A stretch of DNA of 52,911 bases from Octopus bimaculoides (taxonomy: Eukaryota), in contig NC_068987.1 in the NCBI RefSeq assembly GCF_001194135.2, forward strand, positions 44,325,152 through 44,378,062, given 5' to 3'. The notes under the pieces were generated by a model. It worked only from the letters and a program-made list of their open reading frames with translations, had not been told where the DNA came from and ran no database searches. Within the stretch, counting starts at the first letter, position 1. The number at the start of each line of letters is the position of its first letter. The position numbers and the translations under genes are program-made. Below are positions 1 through 12,700 of this stretch, piece by piece.

Positions 1-223
1 TTAAAGAAGATTTTTTTATTATCGCACTATATCTCCTTGAGAACTACGATGAGGATACGCGTGTCTGTGGAGTTCTCAGCCACTCGCACGTTAATTTCGT
101 GAGCAAGCTGTTCCATTAATCAGATCAACTAGAACACTTGTTGTCGCAACCGACGCAGTGCCAGTTTACATACACGACGTAGTCTGATCAATAAGTATCT
201 CGACTGTTGCCATAGTAACGAAG

Positions 224-259
<36 letters not shown>

Positions 260-704
260 NNNNNNNNNNNNNNNNNNNNNNNNNNNNNNNNNNNNNNNNN
301 NNNNNNNNNNNNNNNNNNNNNNNNNNNNNNNNNNNNNNNNNNNNNNNNNNNNNNNNNNNNNNNNNNNNNNNNNNNNNNNNNNNNNNNNNNNNNNNNNNNN
401 NNNNNNNNNNNNNNNNNNNNNNNNNNNNNNNNNNNNNNNNNNNNNNNNNNNNNNNNNNNNNNNNNNNNNNNNNNNNNNNNNNNNNNNNNNNNNNNNNNNN
501 NNNNNNNNNNNNNNNNNNNNNNNNNNNNNNNNNNNNNNNNNNNNNNNNNNNNNNNNNNNNNNNNNNNNNNNNNNNNNNNNNNNNNNNNNNNNNNNNNNNN
601 NNNNNNNNNNNNNNNNNNNNNNNNNNNNNNNNNNNNNNNNNNNNNNNNNNNNNNNNNNNNNNNNNNNNNNNNNNNNNNNNNNNNNNNNNNNNNNNNNNNN
701 NNNN

Positions 705-778
<74 letters not shown>

Positions 779-1108
779 AAGGCGCACGTGGTTTATTAGC
801 AAATTTGGTTCACGATCATAACGTCGTAAATTCGATACACGTTAGTACGTTGGATCCTTGAGCAAGACACTTTGCTTCACGTTGCTTCCAGTCCATTTAG
901 CGCTGGCTAAAATGAGTTGTACCTAAAATTCAAAGGGTCAGCCTAATCACATTCTGTATCGCACTATATCTCCTTGAGAACTACGATAAGGATACGCGTG
1001 TCTGTGGAGTTCTCAGCCACTCGCACGTTAATTTCGTGAGCAAGCTGTTCCATTAATCAGATCAACTAGAACACTTGTTGTCGCAACCGACGCAGTGCCA
1101 GTTTACAT
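779..1108 (+). mobile_element. tRNA-derived SINE copy
   Basis: Shares the core ccttgagcaagacactttgcttcacgttgc...cagtcca with the copy at about 16030-16360; degenerate tRNA-like head. Confidence 0.65.
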
Positions 1109-1109
1109 A

Positions 1110-1400
1110 CACGACGTGGTCTGATCAATAAGTATCTCGACTGTTGCCATAGTAACGAAGCTAAATCCCACAGAGTAAAGCTGCTTGGCACAGATTGACC
1201 TTAAACTCCACTGTGAATGTGCACTAAGTTTTAACGTTCTAGCTCACTTCTACTGTTTACAGCAGTACTTGGAAGGAAGGTGTGTAGCGCGTGATTGTCG
1301 TATTGACCATGACAGATAAAGTTGAGCAGAGAATCTACATCAAATTCTGCCAAAAGCTTGGCGATATTTGTACACAGGTCAACGCAAAGTTTTCAAAAGT
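1110..1400 (+). mobile_element. mariner 5' end fragment (TIR and transposase start)
   Basis: TIR-like ggtctgatcaataagtatc... followed by MTDKVEQRIYIKFCQKLG. It is the inverted copy of 1740-1974. Confidence 0.7.
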
Positions 1401-1451
1401 TTTTCATCATTCTTGACACAAAGAGATCTTGTGCAACTGAAACCCAAGTGG

Positions 1452-1974
1452 CTATTTGGTCAGCTGAAAGCTGTTTTGGCACAAATCTACAGCGATAATG
1501 GACTGAACTGAACCGTAACTAATCTTCACATCCTCTGATAACTCACAGACGGTGATACGACGATTCCCCCTCACAGCTGCACGCACATCTGCGATGTTTT
1601 TCTCAGTTTTGCTGGTTACGGGTCTCCCAGAACATTCGTCAATATCGACATTTTTTCGGCCATCTTGGAAACGTCTGAACCACTCGTATACTTGTGTGCG
1701 GCTCATACACTCCTCTCCATACACTTTCTGCAGCTCTGCGTAGGCCTCTGAACAGATATCACCATAACAACTCTCTCTGTCATGGTCAATGCGATCATCA
1801 TACGCTACACGCCTTCCTTCTAAGCACCGCTGTAAACAGCGGAAGTGAGCTAGAACTTTAAAACATAGTACGCATGCACAACAGAGCTCAAGATCAATCT
1901 TTGCCAAGCGGCTTCACTCTGTGTGCTTTAGCATCGTTACTATGGCAACAGTCCGGATACTTATTGATCAAACC
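1452..1974 (-). mobile_element. mariner 5' fragment (HTH part of transposase)
   Basis: Translates LQKVYGEECMSRTQVYEWFRRFQDGRKNVDIDECSGRP, the mariner paired-like HTH; TIR-like end at about 1940-1974. Confidence 0.85.
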
Positions 1975-2555
1975 TATCAAAAAACCAGACGGTACTACAG
2001 GAATCAGCAGCGGAAACATGGTAACAGCAAACAGAACACTGATAAACAAAGTGCTTTACACTTCAGAAGACCCGCCCCAACTCGTTTACATCAACGTACC
2101 AGCAGCATGCAGGCCCAATGGGACGGCAGCTCAACTATACTTCACATTCGACATAACATACTTCCTAGAGGTGGAATGCTACTTCGAAGCTATGCACCAC
2201 CCACAGAAAGTAGCAACCATATGCCCGGCAGTAGCACAGCAAGCAACATACAAAGGATTCAACTACGACCTCTTCTTAGTCACGCCCCCTGGCAGGCACT
2301 TGAATCATACCACTCCCAAAGGAAAAAGGCACGGCAGAACTACATTCATAGACGAGGACGCCGCCGGAAACAAAGTGCTTAAACATCTGTCAGGCCACTT
2401 CGTTAATCGCTAAATACCAGCGACAGCGTTTACTCAACACTGGGCGGGAAAAAACTCAATATATACAGCTAACAAAACACGATTTCACCAGACAGCCGCC
2501 AGCGATGGAGCCTACAACATCAACGTACCAGCAGCATGCAGAACAATTAAAAGGT
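1975..2555 (+). other. Unknown coding-like segment, possibly a parvovirus-like capsid remnant
   Basis: A/C-rich, GC-elevated segment, open in frame to 2413. PPQLVYINVP...QLYFTFDITYFLEVECYF resembles by eye the C-terminal strands of Parvoviridae capsids. No search was run. Confidence 0.3.
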
Positions 2556-2560
2556 TCGTT

Positions 2561-2810
2561 ATTTTACCTGTTCACTATTTTACCATTTCACTATTTTAAC
2601 AGTCCATTATGTTACTTGTTCATTATTTTATCTGTCCACTATTTTATCAGTTCACTATTTTACTTGTCCACTATTTTATTTATTCATTGTGTTATTTGTG
2701 CATTATTTTAACTGCCCATTATTTTACCTCTCCACTATTTCGCCTGTCCATTATTTTACCTGTTCACTAACTATACTTGTTCACTGTGTTACCTGTACAT
2801 TATTTTACAG
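2561..2810 (+). repeat. Degenerate 16-bp minisatellite, about 15 units
   Basis: Consensus approximately ATTTTACCTGTYCACT, read unit by unit. Confidence 0.9.
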
Positions 2811-2965
2811 ATTGAAGATAATTATCTTCTTTTTCTTTTACCTGTCGCCATGTTAGTGTTTGCTGATCATCATATGTTGCATTTGATGTGTATTGTTTTT
2901 ACTTGTTTTTATTTTAGCGAGTAGTACACACACAATCTGTCGTTCTAAAGAGTGTGTGCCTAAAT

Positions 2966-3447
2966 GTATTGGGCTGGCAACTAAGTTCCCACCTTTTTTT
3001 TTTAATTTAAACCTTTTAAAAGGTTTAATAAAAAATAACAACTAATTAAGCAATAATGTATTCAACCTTGTTGTTTACAACTTCTTCCCAAGGTTCAACA
3101 AGATTTTCAATACCTTGTTGGTAGAAATCACCCAATTTCAACTCGAAAAATTGATCCAACCAAGCTCTCAATTCTGCATCAGTATTGAACGATACTCCGC
3201 GCATAGCATTTGAAGAGATCGAAAGAGGTGGAAATCCATTTGCGCCAAATCAGGAGAGTACGGCGGGTGTGGCAGCACTTCCCAGCCTTGCGTTTGAATG
3301 GCTTCCTTGGTCATATTGGCGATATGAGGGCGGGCGTTGTCGTCCAGCAGAAGAACTCCATGCTGCTGATTAGGTCTTTTCTCTTGAATAGCCGTGTTGA
3401 GTCGTTCCATCTGTTGAACATAGAGTTCCGCGTTGACCGTTCAGGCA
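2966..3447 (-). mobile_element. mariner 3' fragment (catalytic end), cut by a gap
   Basis: LLLDDNARPH...WEVLPHPPYSPDLAQMDFHLFRSL; TIR-like tattgggctggcaactaag near 2966. Confidence 0.88.
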
Positions 3448-4740
3448 NNNNNNNNNNNNNNNNNNNNNNNNNNNNNNNNNNNNNNNNNNNNNNNNNNNNN
3501 NNNNNNNNNNNNNNNNNNNNNNNNNNNNNNNNNNNNNNNNNNNNNNNNNNNNNNNNNNNNNNNNNNNNNNNNNNNNNNNNNNNNNNNNNNNNNNNNNNNN
3601 NNNNNNNNNNNNNNNNNNNNNNNNNNNNNNNNNNNNNNNNNNNNNNNNNNNNNNNNNNNNNNNNNNNNNNNNNNNNNNNNNNNNNNNNNNNNNNNNNNNN
3701 NNNNNNNNNNNNNNNNNNNNNNNNNNNNNNNNNNNNNNNNNNNNNNNNNNNNNNNNNNNNNNNNNNNNNNNNNNNNNNNNNNNNNNNNNNNNNNNNNNNN
3801 NNNNNNNNNNNNNNNNNNNNNNNNNNNNNNNNNNNNNNNNNNNNNNNNNNNNNNNNNNNNNNNNNNNNNNNNNNNNNNNNNNNNNNNNNNNNNNNNNNNN
3901 NNNNNNNNNNNNNNNNNNNNNNNNNNNNNNNNNNNNNNNNNNNNNNNNNNNNNNNNNNNNNNNNNNNNNNNNNNNNNNNNNNNNNNNNNNNNNNNNNNNN
4001 NNNNNNNNNNNNNNNNNNNNNNNNNNNNNNNNNNNNNNNNNNNNNNNNNNNNNNNNNNNNNNNNNNNNNNNNNNNNNNNNNNNNNNNNNNNNNNNNNNNN
4101 NNNNNNNNNNNNNNNNNNNNNNNNNNNNNNNNNNNNNNNNNNNNNNNNNNNNNNGAGAGGGAGAAAATTAAAATATTGAGAACGTGTTTTGTGAGTGAAA
4201 TCGTAATCTCCTGTATCGCAAACATGGGAATCGGAAGAAATTTAGGAAAAAAATACGGGGCGGGGTACAGAAATGTCACCTTGGACATGCTAAAAAGAAG
4301 AGGTAAAGGACAGAATTTCTGGGAAAACTTCCCTTTAAATTTATATCGAAGATCAGGGTTTTAAATACGCTCATCACCAACACAAATTACACAATAGATA
4401 AAGATCATTTCAATCGGGTTTGAGCTATAAATTTGCAGGTGCACACTGCAAGAATTAACATAATTCGCACAGAAGTTTTACTTAGAGTGTGTGTATGTGT
4501 GTCAAAGGAAGTTATTTTATGGCATTCTTTCATTTGAAGAAGTAAAGTTGTCAACTCAACATAGAGAGGAATTTCCGTAAAATTGTTTTAATTTCTGTAT
4601 GCTTTGAAGAGAGCAGATTTGAAAGAGAGGATAAAGTGAAAAGGTGACGTTTGCTTTGAAGTGAGAGGAGAAAGTAAAATAGAGGAAAAAGTGTAAGATG
4701 TATGTGTATATGAAATGGACATGTGTGTGTGAGAGAGAGG

Positions 4741-4803
<63 letters not shown>

Positions 4804-5317
4804 CGAGTGAGTGAAAGTGTGTGTTGTGATGTATGAAATTTTCTGCTGGTATGTGCATGTGGTACTCACTCACTCTCTCTGTCTCTCTCTCTCTCACACA
4901 CACACAATCTTTCATATACACGTGCATAAATAGGCAGAGGTAAAGAATACGCACATTACCCGTTTCGGCGTAAGCCTAACCCTAAACACCGGAAGTACGT
5001 ATTCTTAACCTTCGCCCATAAATACATGTGCATACATCTTGTTTGTGCGTGAGAGAGAGAGTGAGGCTGTATTTCCTAACATATAGAAAAATGGATGTCT
5101 TTTAATGCAATTTTTTTTATTGTGACTTATTTGAATACAATATTTATGTATACATTTTCATAACTGCTTGTCTGAGTAGAACTCTACGCATGTATGAAAC
5201 ATCGGACGAAAGTGATACATTAGAAGCAAATTAAAATACACCCACCCAAACACCCACGCACCCCCCCCCACACACACACACACACACATACGTTAACGCA
5301 TACCTGAAGCCTATCTC

Positions 5318-5361
<44 letters not shown>

Positions 5362-5363
<2 letters not shown>

Positions 5364-6019
5364 ATAATAATAAAGGAGTTACGACGCAAAAACGTATATA
5401 ATTAAATGAACATATTTATCTTCTTCAATATATATTTCAGTATAAAGAATTAATTAAGAGACTTAATAAATCAAAATTCCTTTACACATCTTCAGGAAAA
5501 ATAAATATAACACCAGAAAACTACATTCGGTTTAAAAATACAAACCGTTCGTGGCGAAAAAATTTCAGTTACAAAAACCGAAAAAAAAATTACAAAAAGA
5601 ACGCTATTACTTACATGCATGCGTGTGTTCGCGCATGAACGTGTGTGCGCGCATGAACGTGTGTGCGCGCATGAACGTGTGTGCGCGCATGAACGTGTGT
5701 GCGCGCATGAACGTGTGTGCGTGTGTGTACGGGCGCACACGCGGGTGCATGCATGTAAGTAATAGCGTACTTATTGTAAAATTTTTTTTTTAATTTTTCT
5801 ATTTTTGTAATTGTGAAATTTTTTCGCCATGAACGGTTTGTATTTTTAAACCGAATGTAATTTTCTGGTGTTATATTTATTTTTCCTGAAGATGTGTAAA
5901 GGAATTTTGATTTATTAAGTCACTTAATGAATTCTTTATACTGAAATATACATTGAAGAAGATAAATATGTTCATTTACTTATATACGTTTTTGAGTCGT
6001 AACTCCTTTATTATTATTA
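5362..6019. mobile_element. Foldback MITE with about 260-bp arms and a central 18-bp tandem repeat
   Basis: 5362-5622 is the near-perfect reverse complement of 5747-6019. The centre holds 5 x GCGCATGAACGTGTGTGC (5631-5720). Confidence 0.85.
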
Positions 6020-6446
6020 ATATAACCAAAAGGATCGATTCTTGAAGTGTCTACATACCTTCACAGGCATACCTCACCCTACGTTGTTAATTGCTTCCAG
6101 GAGACACGACTTAAGTCGAATTAACTTTCTCTATCTAGGCCGAATTTACTTGTCTCTAGGCTAAACTGATAATAACCATTCCCAGTTTTGTACTTTATTT
6201 ATGAATGCTTTTTCAGTAATACACGGTTAATGAAAGCCTATTTTAAGCTTACAAACAAATAATTTTTATTTTTAAATGCATTAAAAAAATGTAATCTAAA
6301 TTTACGAATACTGTACATCACGGACGCTTTATTTATGGATGCAGTTTGCAATAAGACATGGTAAAATAAGAGCCTTTTTAAGCTTAGAAAACAAATTCAA
6401 TAGTTATTGTTATTTTGCAATAGTAAAAAAAAAAACTAAATCATTT

Positions 6447-7930
6447 TCAATTTACCAATATGTACATTCTATTTGGTGGCTTACATCGCGGATATAGATA
6501 GCTGTGAATCGTCAACATCAACAGCTGGCTCTGGCTATTCTTGTTGTTCGATGCGCTTAAAAACCGGTTAAGAGTTTCTTGAACTGTCTTCTTTTTTTCA
6601 GGGATTACATTATAACGAGCAAAAGCTTCGTGGCAATCCCCCATAATCTTGGAAAAGCGTTGAGCATTTGAATCCATATCCTCGAACATAGAAAGACCTT
6701 TTTCGACATATGCAAATGTTTGCTGCATTCTCTTAATGGTAAAGTGACGTGGCTCAGTTTCGATTTACTATTCTTCTTTATTTTGCTGCTCTTGAAGCTC
6801 TATCAAATTCTCATTCGTCAGCAGCTACTTGTCTTTTTCAAATAAATCTGTGAAATCCTCCTCCACCAAATCCATTTCCAGTTCTTTGCTCGTAGTCACC
6901 AACGTTTTGTTGATGGCAACATTATCAAACCCCTTAAAATCATTCACGAATTGCGGACATAGCTTCTTCCATACACCATTCATAGCCGTCCTCTGTACAT
7001 CATTCCATGCCGCTGTTATGTTCTGTACAGCTTTGTAGATGTCGTATCTCTTCCAAAAGTCACGAAGTGTGATGGACTCATCAAGACCAGCTGCAGCTAT
7101 TATTTGCCGCAGCGTACACTTCATATAGTAAAGCTTGAAGATAGCAATTATTCCCTGATCCATTGACTGCAGAAGAAACGTGGTGTTCGAAGGGAGGTAT
7201 ACGACGGTAACCTCGGGGCCAAAATCTACAATATTTTCAGGGTGGTCAGGAGCATTATCTAAGATAAGTAAAACCTTAAAAGGAATCCCCTTCTCCTTAC
7301 AGTACTTCTCTGTTGCAAGGATAAAATGATTGAAGAACCAATCTTCAAAAACAACAACAGTAACCCATACTTTTGAATTAGCCATCCATATAACAGGGAG
7401 AAATGCTTTGGGTATGTTCTTCAGGACACGGGGGTTGTGTGCATGATACACAAGCAATGGCTTTAACCTAAAATCTCCTGCACAATTATCTCCCAACATA
7501 ATGGTCACACGTTCTGGAATAGCTTTCTCCTCCTTGGAAATGAATGAACAGTGTGGCAATTTTTTCCAATACAATCCAGTTTCGTCAACGTTAAAAATCT
7601 GTTCGGGAAGAAACCCGTTTACTTTGATGATTTTCTTTAATACATTGGGAACTTCCGCTGCTGCTTGTTCGTCCGCTGATGCACTTTCGCCTTGCTTCTT
7701 ATTGGAATGGTAACTTCTTCTCTCCTTAAATCTCATGAACCATCTTTGACTTGCCTTGAACTCTACATCTTTCTCATCTAGATATTTTTCTTCAGGTCCT
7801 CAAACAAAGACAACGCTTTCTCTTGAATGATTTTCTGACGGTTCAACCTAACAATCCAAAGAGAAAGAAGACTTTCCGTTTCTTCAAAGATTTTGCCTCT
7901 TTTCTTATTGATGACAGTGTTTTCATCCCT
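6447..7930 (-). mobile_element. Tigger/pogo-family transposase, frameshifted
   Basis: 303-aa ORF 6825-7736 carries IFNVDETGLYWKK, LLILDNAPDHP and YLPSNTTFLLQSMDQGII (DDE_1-type triad). N-terminal and C-terminal parts lie in other frames. Confidence 0.9.
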
Positions 7931-8043
7931 NNNNNNNNNNNNNNNNNNNNNNNNNNNNNNNNNNNNNNNNNNNNNNNNNNNNNNNNNNNNNNNNNNNNNN
8001 NNNNNNNNNNNNNNNNNNNNNNNNNNNNNNATATGTGTGTGTG

Positions 8044-8081
<38 letters not shown>

Positions 8082-8994
8082 GGTAGATCGTAGGCAGGTA
8101 TGTGGGTAGATATGTTTATGTGTATGTACACACCGACACACGCATACACAAATATATGTGAGTATCTATGTATGTATACCAAATAATGTTACCCATTACT
8201 TTTATCAGATTGAGACTAACTGTCCATATTCAGGAATGTGACACACCTGATTATTGGTCAGGGATCGAACAGATCGAAGACTATAAATATAGGTAACTGG
8301 CTGGATATATATATATATATATATATANNNNNNNNNNNNNNNNNNNNNNNNNNNNNNNNNNNNNNNNNNNNNNNNNNNNNNNNNNNNNNNNNNNNNNNNN
8401 NNNNNNNNNNNNNNNNNNNNNNNNNNNNNNNNNNNNNNNNNNNNNNNNNNNNNNNNNNNNNNNNNNNNNNNNNNNNNNNNNNNNNNNNNNNNNNNNNNNN
8501 NNNNNNNNNNNNNNNNNNNNNNNNNNNNNNNNNNNNNNNNNNNNNNNNNNNNNNNNNNNNNNNNNNNNNNNNNNNNNNNNNNNNNNNNNNNNNNNNNNNN
8601 NNNNNNNNNNNNNNNNNNNNNNNNNNNNNNNNNNNNNNNNNNNNNNNNNNNNNNNNNNNNNNNNNNNNNNNNNNNNNNNNNNNNNNNNNNNNNNNNNNNN
8701 NNNNNNNNNNNNNNNNNNNNNNNNNNNNNNNNNNNNNNNNNNNNNNNNNNNNNNNNNNNNNNNNNNGGGGGGGGGTGCAGATAGTGTTCTGTTTTCTTTC
8801 TATGTTTTCTTTTCAGATGTCTTTTACCGTGATATTTTTCATTACCTATATAAATAAATAGATAATATTACACAGCAACCCCCTCAAAACACCCGTCTAC
8901 AAGTGGCTGATATGAATATAATGTTGCATTTCAAGAATGAGATAGAAAAACCATTAAAATCTTCCTCCAAAACCCAGAATGCTGCAACTTTACA

Positions 8995-9567
8995 GCTGTG
9001 CGCACGTCATCAGCTCTATTGCTGATCTCTCAACTGCTCATACTCCCTCCATTTACTGCTCGCACCCCAGTTCGTTCTAGCATCGTTCTCGCTGACCACT
9101 TGAACGACATCTCACAAAACCTGTCTCGTAAAAACCAGTGTGAGGGACCGGATTTTTCCATACGTCCTTCTCGTGTGTTTGCTGACGTCGACTGTACGAG
9201 AAATCGGTGCAAAGCCTGTTGATATTAGACGGAGGAGATGGCTCTAAGTGTAACAGCATGGTCGACCTTCCGGCTCAGTTTTGCCACATTCACTGTTGTT
9301 CAAGGGTGTGGTGTGTGGTTACCCGTATCTAGCCCTGTCTGAGACCCCCACTTAAGGGTTACTGATTCTTTTTGTTTTAAAAAAAATACATATACTCTTC
9401 GTTATACATAACGCACACTGGTCGTCTCACACATGCAAGTAGCTACATAGATTACACGCCAAGACAAACATATATTTTTGCTTATACACCCGAGTGGTTA
9501 CTAGGCCGCCCACCCCACCGAAAACGGAAAGTAACAGTAGCAGCGGCGGTGACAAGGACGAGAGAAG
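8995..9567 (+). promoter_or_regulatory. CpG-rich promoter/5' UTR region of macroH2A
   Basis: Visible CpG enrichment against the CpG-poor background directly upstream of the ATG. CRE-like TGACGT at about 9183 and CACGTCA at about 9003. The TSS cannot be determined from sequence. Confidence 0.55.
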
Positions 9568-9739
9568 ATGACTGCCCGAGGTATAAGGAAGAAACAGAAG
9601 GCAGTGTCCCGTTCAGCCAAAGCAGGAGTGCTCTTTCCAGTCGGTCGGATGCAGCGCTATCTCAAGAAAGGCACGCATAACTTCCGAATAGGTGCAGGGG
9701 CGCCCGTTTATATGGCAGCTGTTATAGAGTACCTGGCTG
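9568..9739 (+). CDS. macroH2A: macroH2A coding exon 1 (H2A fold, N-terminal part)
   Basis: ATG at 9568 in AAGATGA context. Translates [57 protein letters not shown], typical of H2A/macroH2A. Ends in phase 1 at G|gtacgt; 172 nt. Confidence 0.95.
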
Positions 9740-12700
9740 GTACGTATGTAGGCAAGTCTACGTGTGTGTATGTCTATATAATCTATGTACAGTGAGTGTG
9801 TATATGACGATATATATATATATATATGCGTGTGTGTATATATGTAAATATATGTCGGTGGGTGTGTGTGTATATATGTGTGTATGTAAGTATACATGTG
9901 ACTATATATATATATATGAATGTGTGTATATACATATTTTTTTTTAGTGTATGTATGTGTGAGTACATGTGTGTGTGTATGAATCTATGTATGTATCAAT
10001 ATAATATATATNNNNNNNNNNNNNNNNNNNNNNNNNNNNNNNNNNNNNNNNNNNNNNNNNNNNNNNNNNNNNNNNNNNNNNNNNNNNNNNNNNNNNNNNN
10101 NNNNNNNNNNNNNNNNNNNNNNNNNNNNNNNNNNNNNNNNNNNNNNNNNNNNNNNNNNNNNNNNNNNNNNNNNNNNNNNNNNNNNNNNNNNNNNNNNNNN
10201 NNNNNNNNNNNNNNNNNNNNNNNNNNNNNNNNNNNNNNNNNNNNNNNNNNNNNNNNNNNNNNNNNNNNNNNNNNNNNNNNNNNNNNNNNNNNNNNNNNNN
10301 NNNNNNNNNNNNNNNNNNNNNNNNNNNNNNNNNNNNNNNNNNNNNNNNNNNNNNNNNNNNNNNNNNNNNNNNNNNNNNNNNNNNNNNNNNNNNNNNNNNN
10401 NNNNNNNNNNNNNNNNNNNNNNNNNNNNNNNNNNNNNNNNNNNNNNNNNNNNNNNNNNNNNNNNNNNNNNNNNNNNNNNNNNNNNNNNNNNNNNNNNNNN
10501 NNNNNNNNNNNNNNNNNNNNNNNNNNNNNNNNNNNNNNNNNNNNNNNNNNNNNNNNNNNNNNNNNNNNNNNNNNNNNNNNNNNNNNNNNNNNNNNNNNNN
10601 NNNNNNNNNNNNNNNNNNNNNNNNNNNNNNNNNNNNNNNNNNNNNNNNNNNNNNNNNNNNNNNNNNNNNNNNNNNNNNNNNNNNNNNNNNNNNNNNNNNN
10701 NNNNNNNNNNNNNNNNNNNNNNNNNNNNNNNNNNNNATATATATATATATATATACGCCAGTAGATGCAAATAGAGAATAAGAGAGGAAAATAAAGTAAC
10801 AGCCTCTTTCCCTCACGAACACAAACACCAAACATTGACCATAGTAACTATTTATTTGACTCTTCTGGTATCGAATTATTTTTACACTTCTTAATTAATG
10901 ATGACCCATTCTCTCAACAACTTTTATTCGTTGTATCTCCCTCTTTCTGCCCCTCCATCAGTTGTCACGTACCTCCCTCCGTGTCCCTTTATGCCTTGAA
11001 TATACTTATTCATTACCTACACAGACACACCCATTTATCATCTACCTCTCGCGCATAAAAACAGGCACACATACACGTATACGTACATGCATATGCGCAA
11101 TCATGCATACACACACAAACCCACAAAGTACATATATATACAAATTCATTCGTCAATACATAAATAAAAGTATACACACATACGTCCGAATACTTGTACT
11201 GTGCTATGTATATTCACATGTGTACAACAATACACACAAACCTTGTGTGTGATACAGACACTTGCAAACAGAAACACACACTCACACACTTTGGAAGGAA
11301 ATATAAAATGTGTACTATCTATTGACATGACATTTAACCAATCAACAACAGTCTCTTCTTTTTCCTGTACACATCTTACAACTCAGCATCATTCTTCACT
11401 TCTGAAGCAAAACAACACTGAGTTTTACTCTGACACAGAACTACTTTGACGCACAACACCACCACCACTGTTCTATGACACATGACATACCATCACTGCT
11501 TCTTTATCTGATGTATTACACTCTAACACTGTTCAATGATACCACACGTCCCCTGTCTAGTTATGCAATACTTTAATCCACTCCTGATACACACAACAAA
11601 ATCTGCTTTCTCTGACATAGAAACTCCCCTTTACTGGCCTCTAATAGAATCTGTGTCTGCTCCTTGGGATGTGAAAAGATACTTTGGTTATTTGGATAAC
11701 AGAAGAACCCATAGTCCTAATCATGCTTGCCAGAAGAAGTAATGGTCTTAGAGCGTCTTTGATCATAAATCTTTCTCAACCACAACTATCCCACTTTTCC
11801 TCTGACCATCTGAAAATTCCATCTCCTTTAGCTGTACCACTCTTCGGGCACTCAATATATATCAAACATCAAACTCTGTCATTGTACCATGACACTGTAT
11901 GATCTGTAGGTGTGCTCTGTATAGTTTGCTGGTCTGCTGTGAGTTTTGACATGAGTTGGAAATTAAGTGATTTCAGATTCTATCTCACCACTGAACACCT
12001 TGAGTGAGTGTCTTCTACTATTGCTCCAGATCAAGTACAGATTTGTGAATAAAACTTGGTGAAAGAGGAACCATATTGCAACCCATTGCAGGGACTGTTC
12101 TTGTACTTGTTTTGTAGGTTTAATCTATAACTCAGTTTAGCTCCACTACCACTTTGTATATCTAGTCTGTTGTAAGCATTCAGTTACAATCTCTATGTAT
12201 AACTTGATCCCTTTAGTCTTGGAGACCTTGAAATGGATCATGTAGATAGAGACCACTCTTCCATATTTCATTAAGCTAGTCCAAACAAAAAAGAAACTTT
12301 TATTACAATGAGAAGATTGCAGAATGTGCTTACTGAGTTCTTTGTGATCTGACTGCATCACAACAGACTCAATGAGAGAATCATGTCTGGTAAAATTAAT
12401 CCAATGACATGCAGGGTTTTTTGTTTTTTTGTTTTTTTTGTCTAGGTTCAACTAAAGGATTGGGTTTTAACATTGAAAAAGTACAAAGAGCTTTGCCACC
12501 TAAATAGACATTACTTTTTTTCTTTGTTTCATGTCGTGTGTGTGAATAAATGCCTCCAAAGCTATGGGTACAGACATTATTATGTTATTAAGAAGTTCTC
12601 TTTACATTACAAACATGTGGTTTGGGGTTCAAATTCACTGCATGGCACATCAGACCTCTTTCTTCTGAAATATAGTCTTCAGTTGATCAGTGACTCATGT

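Noticed and set aside
20-1163. 207-bp direct repeat (20-226 and 957-1163, 2 mismatches) flanking a gap
   Set aside because: Both copies include the same SINE/mariner junction and bracket an N gap between (TA)n tracts. It is most likely a haplotype or overlap assembly artefact, not an LTR pair.
5631-5720. CRISPR-like array
   Set aside because: These are head-to-tail repeats without spacers in a eukaryotic context; it is a minisatellite.
6825-7736. 303-aa Tigger ORF as a domesticated gene
   Set aside because: The N-terminal DNA-binding part and the C-terminus are in other frames, and there are scattered substitutions in conserved motifs. It looks like a decaying transposon.
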